Made by a program: the position numbers and the translations under genes. The notes below the pieces were generated by a model, which did not search any database, was not told the DNA's origin, and saw nothing but the letters and a program-made list of their open reading frames with translations. From assembly GCF_006345805.1 (NCBI RefSeq), contig NC_043001.1, positions 66,712,001-66,776,000 on the forward strand: a DNA stretch of 64,000 nucleotides. Direction: 5' to 3'. Below are positions 53,043-64,000 of this stretch, one piece after another (positions within the stretch are counted from its first letter, which is position 1; each line of letters starts with the position of its first letter). Source of the DNA: Octopus sinensis (Eukaryota).

Positions 53043-54126
53043 CCCTTTCGTTACCAAATCGCCCAAAGCCGCCCGAAAAAAGTTTTGGTTAATGTGACCA
53101 AACCACCCAAAGCCGCCCGAATTTACCTATTCATATTTAAATGAGAATATCAGAGCAAATCTCTTTAGTACATTCGTGAAAACACGTGATTATACTTCGT
53201 AAACAGTTCATCTACAGTTTTGTACAACGATCGACGTGTAATTTTAATTCCCTGAATTTTGGCAGATTTTTTTCCCCATTTTTTTCGGCATCAATTTTTC
53301 TTCAACTTTTAAAATGGATAGGAGTTTCATGTTATCAAGCATTGATTCCGAATTGGAAAATTTGTGAAGCAAATACTGGGTACTGTTGTGGATTTAGTTT
53401 TTATACAGGGAAACTAATGTTAGTCAGCATGGCTTAGGGTATGATGTGGTCTGGAAGTTATTGTTTGAAGCGATCAATGTGGAAACAAACTTACGCAAAA
53501 TGTAAACAAACACAAAATGGGGCTTCAAATTTCGGAAAATTTGTGAAGCAAATACTGGGTACTGCGTGGATTTAGTTTTTATACAGGGAAAATAATGTTA
53601 GTCAGCATGGCCTAGGGAACGATGTGGTCTGGAATTTATCACTTCCATACCATAACCAGAGCCGTATATTAATTTTTGACCGATATCTTTAGTTCGGTCA
53701 AACTTGCGGTGGATTCCAGTATTTCACTTTATTCCACCTTTATGGTACACCTGTTGTGCATTAAATTCAACTGATGATATAGTGATGTGCACAATTCTTC
53801 TTTATCAAAATTTTGTTGCATACCCATTTGAATATTAGCTGATGATTCATTTTCTATGGTGATGTTTAAACAAAATTTTAATATTTTTACCTTTTGCTCA
53901 ATTTACCTGGATTTACCTGTAATTAAAGTCTCTTTGAGACAAAAGTTATGCAATAGAATTGATTAAGAACCCTTTCTTTAATTATGTTCCAAATATCACA
54001 TTAATATGTTGATAAGTAAAAAAGTTACAGTTATTTAATGAAACAAGCCTAGATTCATGATTATTTTAGAATTTAATTGAAATTCATGAGGGGTGTATTT
54101 TGGTCAGAAATATAGTAACGAAAGGG
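53043..54126. mobile_element. Non-autonomous piggyBac-type element
   Basis: TTAA on both sides; 12-bp TIR CCCTTTCGTTAC/GTAACGAAAGGG; internal ~100-bp direct repeat (~53355 and ~53534). Confidence 0.9.
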
Positions 54127-54792
54127 TTAATGTCTGCTTTTTTATGATCACATGGGTTGGACAATTTGTTGAGGCAAATTTCTGATGACTGGACACCCTT
54201 CATGTTGCCATTCAACCCTTGTTTCCAAGCAAATTAATATTTCCTCCTAGACTTGTTTTTATGGGGGATTGGAAACAAAGAACACTGCTTGTATGATAGT
54301 GAGTCTCACTTACAACCATCATGTGATGTGAAGACAAAGAGACAACAGCACACACACATACCCATAAATATCATCATTAGCATTGATTAACATCTGGCAT
54401 TAGTTGGACAGTTTGACAGGAGCTGGCGAATCAGAGGACTGCATCAAGCTCGAATATCTGCATTGATACAATTTCTTTAGCTGGATATCCTTCCTAACAC
54501 CAACCATTTCACAGAGTGTACTGGCTGTATTTTATGTGACACAAGCACTAATAAGATCACCGAGTAACTTGCAACACAAGGCTCCTCAATTGAGTTAGTG
54601 GATGTTATTGAGGGAGGTGACTTTACACCAGCTGATGATTAGGTAAAACCGGTGTGTTGCAGTAGAAGTGATACATGGCTAGAAAAGGCGAGAAGATAGT
54701 GGTGAAGAGGTGTCAGAGTATACTTTCAAGTTACAGAAAAGTGAATATAATCAAAGTGGTCCAGAGCATATATTTATACACGTGTGTGTATG

Positions 54793-54823
<31 letters not shown>

Positions 54824-55136
54824 TTCACACATACGCACGCTATAAAGTGGTTGATATAAGGAAGGGCATCTGCAGACATGTGCACAATACAGTCCTTGGG
54901 TCCATTGGATCCTGTCAAACTGTCCAGTCTATGCCAGCATGGAACATGGATGTTAAATGATGATGACACATAGACAGGCTACTTTTATCTCTACCAAATT
55001 CACTCACAATCCAGATCTATAGAAGAAGACATTTGTCCATCTTTTATGTTGTCTAGCTATCAAGAACTAATCCTATTTTAGATTTTATTTTACACAATTC
55101 CCATATATGTCAGTATTTATATTTATTGAATTTCAC

Positions 55137-55490
55137 ATCATCATCATCATCGTTTAACGTCCGTTCTCCATGCTAGCATGGGTTGGTTGGTTCGACCGGG
55201 GATCTGGGAAGCCAGAAGGCTGCACCAGGCTCCAGTCTTATCTGGCAATGTTTCTACAGCTGGATGCCCTTCCTAACGCCAACCACTCCGTGAGTGTAGT
55301 GGGTGCTTTTTATGTGCCACCTGCACAGGTGCCAGGCGAGGCTGGCAACGGCCACGGTCGGATTGGTGTATTTTACGTGCCACCGGCACGGAAGCCAGTC
55401 GAGGCGGCGCTGGCATCGGCCACGAGTCGGATAGTGCTTTTTACGTACCACCAGACCAGGGATCCTGGCTGGTTCAATTCGATTTCGATA
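55137..55490 (-). mobile_element. Young 5'-truncated RTE 3'UTR copy
   Basis: (CAT)n tail on +; three internal 'tttta[c/t]gt[g/a]ccacc' repeats; CpG retained. Confidence 0.88.
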
Positions 55491-57399
55491 TATTGTTAGG
55501 ATATATTTTGTGTAACTATCAAAATTCAAACCTCAAAGTCTTCCATTATTACATGTGAGAATCACAAACTGTTTACTGTCAAGGTATAGAGATGTGGTCA
55601 ATATCATTCTTTTGGTCTTTGTCATGATGTCACTATGATGCCAGTATCAGGATATGAACCCCTAACCCTTCCACTTGGACCCTCTTAATTCATCCATCTG
55701 CAGATCCCCTATTTGTTCATTTATTTATTGAAATTATAGTTTTAGAATATTGTTGTGAAATTAATTAATATTTAGTGAAAAAAGGGGTAAGAATCTTCTG
55801 TGTGGTTGCTAAACCTGTTAGAAACAGCAGCTAAATATCCCTCAAATTGTACCCATCCATGTTACATTGGATAATGATACATTGGAATGTTACATTGGAT
55901 AATGTAGTTAGTTACACTATGTTTAAAAAAAAAGATGGAATGGTTACAGTTGAAGAGACTCATGCAGAGCTGAAGACATCATAGGTCTGCTGGATCAAAG
56001 GACCTGGAGCTAAACAACCCCACCAAATAAAAGGCAACAAGCCATAGAGGAGTTTTATGTGGTCACTTGTCTGCCAGAAATAGCAACCAGATCTCCCATA
56101 AAAGATAGCTAAAAAGAAAAAAAAAGGAAAGACAATTTGGATAATGTAGATGCAGGGTGTGTGGATAACAAATAAGAGGTGGTTACTGTTGAAATTCCTT
56201 TGATCATAGACCTACTAGATTAGGGCATAGCTTTGGGTATAAACAACAACAGTAATAAATTTATTTTCCTTCTATTGCACATGTTGCATTCATTGGTATA
56301 AAGTCACTCACCAACACATTCCAGCTTCTGGCCCACATACATATTGTCTTCTCTCTTTCCTGTCATTACAGTAATGGTCTCTGTTCCACCTAGATGGTTA
56401 GTCACATTCCACCTTCACTCATGTGTCCTTGGCCCACTTGTCTTTCCACCTTCCTTCATCCATTTCATGTCACCTATCCAGGCCCTATCTCTCCTCACCA
56501 GAATGCCATTGCCTGACAACATTAAAGGCATCAGTTACATCATTTGGAGTGGGTCTGTAAAGGCCACTGTCACTGCCCCTTCCTCCACAGACCTTGCTAG
56601 TAAAAACATAAAAAAACAAGACTTTATAAGTGACTTTAGACAATAAAAAAAATGTAAAATAAATATCAAGGCAATGAAGATGATGATTTACTCTTAAAGT
56701 ACAACATAATATATTTCTTGAGATCTGAAATAATCTACTTATGGATTAACCACTGAGCTATAGTTCCTCTTCCACATGGATTGAACATATTGTTGCAGTC
56801 TAACTTAGTTCTTATTCCAAGTTTCTGTCCCATAAGAAGAGTTGGAAACCACACCTCACTTGTATGATTCATTTCTGTTACATTTCCTGTGGTTGAATGC
56901 TCTTCTTATTGTCAACCACTTCACAGCATGTACTCAGTATGTTTTTGATCATGATCAGACTAAAGAGTCCTCTGTGTCCTCTCCATTCATACACCATCTG
57001 CTTTGTATAGTAGTGTACTCAATATGTTTTACAGTGGTACCAGCACTAGAGGGATTGTCTTGTCCCCAGCATGACTAAAGAGTTCTCACTGCCTTATGTG
57101 CTTGCCATTTATTCATCAGCACCATCAGATTTTAATAATCTTGTTTAGATAAAATCCACTTTAATGTTCAGTCTAGACTATTATATTTATAGTTTGTGGA
57201 TGTTATTTTAGACATCTGTTTCTAAATCATGAATGTAATTGTTGATTTTACTTCACATGGACTATATTAAAACACTTTTGTTGCTGTTCATTATTTATCA
57301 ACATATCAGGATGATGTTAAATAGAGAAGCACCACATGCAGCTTGTCAACAAAATAGACTGATATTTTATTATGTAAAAGGTGGCAGCAGTTGTTGTTG

Positions 57400-57845
57400 C
57401 TTCAAATTTTGGTGCATGGCCAGCAATTTCAGGATGGTGGGATAAGTCGATTACATTAATACCACTGTTCAACTGGTACTCATTTCATTGACCCCAAAAG
57501 GATGAAAGTTAAAGTTGACCCTGGTGGTATTTGGACTCGGGACATAAAGACAGATGAAATGCCACAAAGCATTTTGCCTTGTGTGCTAACAATTCTGCCA
57601 GCTCATCACCTTGATGATAATAATAGTAATAGTAATAATTATAATCCTTTCTACTATAGGCACAAGACCTGAATCTCTGGGAGAGAGGGATAGTTACATT
57701 GACTCCCAATGTGCCTCTGATACTTACTTTATTGACTCAGAAAGGATGAAAGGCAAAGTTGACCTCAGTGGAATTTGAGCCCAGAAAGTAAGGACAGATG
57801 AAATACCACTAAGCATTTTGCCCAGCATGCTAACAATTCTGCTGA
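57400..57845 (-). mobile_element. Two tandem SINE family A copies
   Basis: Same core as the other arrays, with a (TAA/TAG)n spacer. Confidence 0.8.
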
Positions 57846-60800
57846 GTTTCTTTGCTCTAGGTGTCAGGAAGACACTCAACAAGAAATAGCAACAAGATAG
57901 CATTTTTTTAGTCTTATTTCTTAAAGTTTCTGTAGTATTAGGATGTGATTGTGTAGAAGATGAATAATAGTACTGAATGGTGATTATGTTGATGTGTGTT
58001 GTGTTATAGTATTGGGTGGTGATTGTTGTATTATAATACTGAATGATGATTATTTTGATGTGTTGTGTGGGGTGGATTGTGTTGTATAGTATTATGAGGT
58101 GATTAAACAGAATGCATATAGGGCTGGTTGTATTTGTACTTATTATGATTTATTATAATTCTATAATATTAATCAGGCAGTTGTCTGCTGAAATTATTGC
58201 AGTAGGTTGGCTGGATTATATGCTGTGTAATATTTAGTTTTATCTCTCTTTGAATTCAAATTTCAGTCAGATCAGCCTTGTTTGTAATACATTTAGGTCC
58301 AATGGACCCTGTAGAACCTATGTTTATAGGAGTTTAAGTCAATAGATTGTATTACCACTTCTTGAAGATGCATGGCCCTGTACCAGTATAAGAAATGATT
58401 AATTATCATACATTTTAACATCAATTTTGGGCTATTTTAGATCTTATGATATCAGTGTTGTTGATCTGATAAAATGTTGGGTCAGTGCTATTTAAGTAGA
58501 TCTGTGTTATGGAGATAATCAACCAAATATTTAGCAACAACCTACATGTCTACTTACTCATGAATAGGTAGATGCATGATAACTAGTCTGTTGGCTTTAG
58601 CGCATCAAACAAAAATATATATATATTTGTTTATGTTCTAGTTACATCCATGTACATCAAGCTCAACTTAGCTGTTCCACCATCCAAGATTGATGAAATT
58701 ATCTCCTGGTAAGGTATTATGGTTGAAATAATTGACTGAAGATGGTACCCCAACATGGTTTCAATCAAATGACTGAAAGGAATAAAACAATACTTTGATG
58801 TAGTAGAATCTACCAAATTCTTGTCCCTAATGATCTAAATAAAGGTTTCAGTGTCACAAATCCTATTTGCTTTTTGAAAACCAATAATATCAATTAACCA
58901 TTGATGACTACATCATTATAAAACCTCATTAATTTACTTGAATAAGATAAATTACTGATTCTCATGTTGAATGAAAAAGTGTTTTATTTATTTAACTAAT
59001 TTGACTGGTGATGTTCACTCATTTATTATTAAAATATTTTAATTATTAATTTCTAATAGTGCCACAGGACCACATTTAAGTAGTGGTGGGGTAGTATTGT
59101 TGGTTATATGCACCCCAGTACATGACTGGTATTTTATTTAATCCACTCTGGAAAGATGAAAGGGAGAGTTGACCTCGGTGTGATTTGAACTTAGAACATA
59201 AACAACTGTAATTGATCCAAGCTCTCTAACAATTCTGCCAATACCCATAGAAGTACCATTCCTGTGTCCATATTTAGAATTGTGATATAACAATTAGAGC
59301 AACATTATTAGCAAAATTGTGTGTTTTCTTATCATCATAATTTTGACAATGTCTCAATAATTTATGCCTAAACAATACAAGATGACAGGAATATTCTCTT
59401 TTACACTTTGTACTTTACATAATTTCTTTTGACTTTCTCTACAATACAATAGAACTTTGGATTATTTTCTTTTGTTGAATTAGTCAACATTAATGGAATG
59501 AAAAGAAATATCTGTTTTGATTTATGTGGTCTTCATCTTTGCCAGCAGACCTCAACATTAGAAGTAGTTAAAGGTTTAGAAGCAGCATGTCAGTTTGTGA
59601 TATAACATGTTTTAGTTTGATCTCTTACTATATTACACACTGTATGATGTGAGATTTGGTTGTGTAAAGTACATACAGTACTGTAGTCAGAGTATTGTAC
59701 CATTGGTTGCACAGAGTATTTTGATAGGGGTCTGAGTCTATTACTACTATGCTGTTTTCTGGTCACCCAAATACTTAGAAATCTACATGTCTACTACTCC
59801 AGAATAGGCAGATGCATGATAATTGGTCTGTTGGTTTCAGTGTATCAAACAAAAAAATGTGACCAAAGCAGACAAGATTGAATCAGATGGTGTAGAACAG
59901 TTTTGTGGTAAAGATTTATTAAACTTGATTCAGTTTATAAAATGATGAAAGTTTATGGTATGGTTTGACTTTGAGACTTCTGCTGGGACTTCTTCTATAG
60001 TTTCTATTTAAAGACTGAAGTAAAATAGTTTTGTTAAGATATAATCTAGAGAGGTATAATTAATTTAAGAGTTGTAGTGTCTGTGATAGTTAGAAATAAT
60101 AGTTACACTTAGAACCTGTGCATTATTATTTAAATAAAACTAGATTATTTTTGTTGCATTCTTAGTTACATTGCATAGCACCTCAATGTGCAACAACACA
60201 TTGTTGTGCCATGAGATGTAGCTTGGTGTACCACAGTACAGATGGCCTTCATCATTATCATCATCCTAGCCACCACTACTACCACCACTATAATCATGCC
60301 CAGCATCATCATCACCAGTTTCACCACCACACTACCACAATCATCAGCATCACCACCATCATTTAACATCAATTTTCCTCATACTTCTTTGAGTTTATAT
60401 ATTTTAGGTTTCTGATAATATTTTCTTGTTAATAAATTCCACATTATTAAAGTTAATGTATGTCAGACCTTACTGCAATATGACTCCTACACACACATTT
60501 ATGTCTTTATAGAGTTTTGTTTGTTAAAACAGTTTTCTCTGCTAAAAAATGGGCATGTTTTTAAGTCTCTACAAACACTTTGTTTTTTGATGACACAGCT
60601 GCAACTAATAAACTTGGCGAATGGGAAAATATTTTTTCATTTAATAAACATTTATGAAGTGGGACCACTGAAGTAAAGAAGAGGAGTAGGTGCCATGAGT
60701 AAAACAAAGTTGGAAACTGCTGATTTCAATCTCATTCGTTGTATAACAAGGATAATTGAAACATCAGTGTAGTAGTTAACATGTCCTCTTTAGTTCTTCA

Positions 60801-61343
60801 CTTTGTTGTCTCTCACAACTAATGACACCTAGTGGGAAGGTAAAGAATTAGGTAATGAAGTTTATAAAAAGTAATCTTGCCGAAAAAAAGCATATGTTAG
60901 TACTAGATGACTGTAATTTCAAGTGATTATTAATCATTCATAATTATTTTCAGTGGCCACCAGAGAGATAGAAAGTAGAAATTACAGATTAAATTTTACC
61001 ATTTTCATAACTTTCATCTCTGACAAATTTATATTTTATTTTTAGAACTTTGATTTAGTTATTACAGAATTCTACATCATTTTATCCTTCTTCTTGAAAG
61101 CATTATTTATAGTAGATTTTTCTAATCCTCCAAATATCTTCTGAAAGAATCTTTGGTAATATAGAAATATCCTCCTTACATGCTGAAGCAGTACCATAAG
61201 AGATAAGGCCCCTTGAAAACGAATGTTCTGGGGGATTAGATGTCATTAATTTTGGTACTACATTATTTTATTAATGGTGATAACCATTCTTCCTATCTCC
61301 CTTTGGTTTCTTCATTTTAATTTCCAATTACCTTTTGTTGTTG

Positions 61344-61427
61344 CCATGATGGACCGTGAAGTCTGGCGTAGCATGGTAAATTCCATTGTCTTGACCACGG
61401 TCGAACAATGATGATGATGATGATGAT
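61344..61427 (+). mobile_element. Very short LINE 3' end with (TGA)n tail
   Basis: Encodes ..MMDREVWRSMVNSIVLTTVEQ* ('DR..WR' LINE C-terminus); flanking TGTTGTTG duplication. Confidence 0.65.
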
Positions 61428-62671
61428 GTTGTTGTTTAGCATTAAACCATTCCTGATCAAACAGGTTTATGGTCAAAAACATTCTGGCCATGACCAATCA
61501 GTTTTTTCTTCTTTTTTTTTTTATCAGGCATTGTGTATCTCTTCTTTTATTATCCAAGAGTTTAACAACATCAACCAATAGTTCTCCGAGTGCATAGTCC
61601 TCAAGTACTTTTGATAACCATGAGTTTTATCTGGATTCTGAAACACCCTAAAACATGGCGTAACCAATTATGTCTGTCAGATTTATCTTCACTGCTAACT
61701 TTTTTACTATTCTGATAAACCAAAATTTCTATCAATGTAGCACAAAACATTGTAAATGTGTTATTAATTAACTTCTTTGATGTCCGTTAACATTAAACCT
61801 ATCTTACTGACTAAAACTCTTATTATTTCTGCCTATGTTTTATTCCAACCCCCTCAACTACACTTTGCTGTTTTAACCCATTTATATATATTATCTAAAT
61901 AAATCCAAACTTGGTAAAAACATACTTTCAATTTTCTCTGAAAACATTTTATTTCTTTTTTCCTTTTAAATCCTTTTGCTTATTTCTTCTGTTTCTATTT
62001 TCAAATTTCTCTTCAGTCTTAAAATCTAAAAACTTGACAGTCTTCTGTTAATTATAATTTTTTTTACTCTATTATATTTATTTTGTGACTTTTAAGGAAT
62101 TTCAATCCATTTTTTTTTATTTTTAAAGTATGTTGACTTTACTTTATAGACTGTCCCAGCTATTTGATCATTTTTCTTTTTGTCTTTCTTTACTCTTTCA
62201 TTATTAGCAATTGTTTCTTTTTTTTTTTTCATGTTACCCATTTACATGCTTTCTCCCTCCCTCTATCCCTTTCATTCTCTGTAGCTCTCTCTCCCCTCTC
62301 AACTCACAATTCAGCATAAACTCAATGGAATCTATATGAACTCAAAATAAAAGCTGATTCAATATCCAACTAAATTTTATCTATTCTTAAGGTTCTTAAA
62401 ACTGAATGTTCCCCATATCTGTGCACTTCCATTTCATGTCCAGTGACTTTGCAATACACTTAAAATTTAGTTTCAATTTCTTATGGGCATTCTTTAGGGT
62501 TAGATATGTAGCCATGCCTGCATTTATACACCTAATAGGCACAGCACAGCTGTGTGATTAAGGAGTTCAGTCCCACTACATTACACCTTGGGCAAGTATC
62601 TTCTACTATAGCCCTAAACTGACCAAAGCTTTGTGAGTGGATTTAGTTGACAGAGACTGAAATAAGGCCAT

Positions 62672-63162
62672 CATATCATCATCATTTAACATCCATATTC
62701 CATTCTGGCATGGTTTGAATGGTTTGTTTGGATTCAGTGAGCCCAAGGATGGTACTGTGCTCCAATGTCTGCTTTGGCATAGTTTCTACACCTGAATGCC
62801 CTTCCTAATGCCAAGCACCACTTTACAGTTTGTACTGGGTGCTTCTTTTCATGCCACTTCACTATTAAAGTCATTATGTAGCTTGCAAGTTTTCAAACTC
62901 TAGGAGATGAGGGCACTGCATCCTCATGTTATATAGGGGTTATGGTATGAGGGAAGAGGTTGGGGCAGGGCAGGTTCATGTTGTAGAGGAGCTACATGGT
63001 AACTCACTTTTAGGTGAATGAGTGAAAATGAATTAGTGGTATCCCCAAAGAGATATGGGTGATGTGTCCAAGTGCATCTTGTGTAGCAGTTGTAGTAGTT
63101 GGGGGTGGTTGCAAGATTGTATGGGGGTAGAGATGTGAGGAGAGTATTTGTTATACATAAAG

Positions 63163-63202
<40 letters not shown>

Positions 63203-64000
63203 CAGTTTTACTGCAATGGGTAGATTTTCATGAAAACTTTATATCGTTAGATGTCCAGGTCCTTTGTCATTTCTGCTGCAAAGCTCAAGGTTCTGAGGCC
63301 AGCCTTCGCCACTTCATCCCATGTCTTCCTGTGTTTTCCTTGTGTACAGGCTCCAGCTGCATTTAGTAATCAGCACTTCTTAGTACATCTGTCCTCGTCC
63401 ATACACATCACATATCTGTACTAGCACAGTCTTCTTTCTTGTATCTGATTTCTCTTATAGTCTTTCCCAACACTTACTATGTCATTCATGCACACTTAAA
63501 TTACACATCCAGTGGAGCCTGCTCACTCCATTTCTTTCCAGTCTTCTCATGTTCTCCGTGTTCAAGGCCCATGTCTCACTACCATGCAGCATTGCAGTTC
63601 TAACACAAGTATCATACAATCTGCTTTTCACTCTGTGAGAAAAGATCATTGTAGCTCTCTGAACTTTTTCTATCTTGTTCTTAATCAGGCTGTTATTCTT
63701 TCAGGGCAATCACTTTTTTTTTGCTGATGACGTCTCCTCAGTTACAAAAACTTTCAACTAATTCTAGTGAGCTATTCAGGTATTCAAGGGATTCATTTTT
63801 GGTGTGTTCATGGAACATACTGTTCCAGTCCATCTATCACATATGAAGCTTATATTTTCTGCTAGTTTGTCTGTGATTCTGCTACATCTCTTCTCTATCC
63901 ATAGTTTACAGTGAGTGCAGCATATGGAGTCTATACCTATTCCTTTTCTGCATATCAAATAAAGCTATTTCCCTGAGGGTACCAGGATCCTGTCTTTCCT
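62672..64000 (-). mobile_element. Old decayed RTE-clade LINE 3' half, runs off the window end
   Basis: RTE 3'UTR at ~62680-62860; homology to 18100-18500 at 63300-63700; Cys/His cluster 'CRKGIGIDSICCTHCKLWIEKRC..FICDR'. Confidence 0.75.

Overview
AT-rich, repeat-dominated animal DNA, either intronic or intergenic. The SINE, LINE and microsatellite make-up suggests an octopus/cephalopod genome (inference). There is no intact protein-coding gene; nearly all listed ORFs are microsatellite translations or LINE fragments and their antisense frames. Recognisable elements: a decayed RTE-type LINE (17.7-21.3 kb), a 5'-truncated CR1-group LINE with a CCCH-finger ORF1 (29.9-33.5 kb) plus two further fragments, a Penelope-like element (RT thumb + GIY-YIG, 34.4-35.6 kb), R4/Dong-like 3' ends, two tRNA-like SINE families, and non-autonomous DNA elements (an 8-bp-TSD foldback element, piggyBac-type, mariner, Helitron-like). 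One plausible host exon (49381-49487) and an RFX X-box (25286) are present. The most interesting signal is a set of Penelope-type termini carrying hammerhead ribozyme (HHR) motifs. They sit next to (TA)n microsatellites, are repeatedly broken or inverted inside the ribozyme, and are associated with palindromes. These include a perfect 120-bp double-hammerhead palindrome at 44.0 kb and an ~890-bp inverted copy of neighbouring DNA joined to the Penelope 5' truncation point. All calls are by eye; coordinates of decayed elements are approximate.
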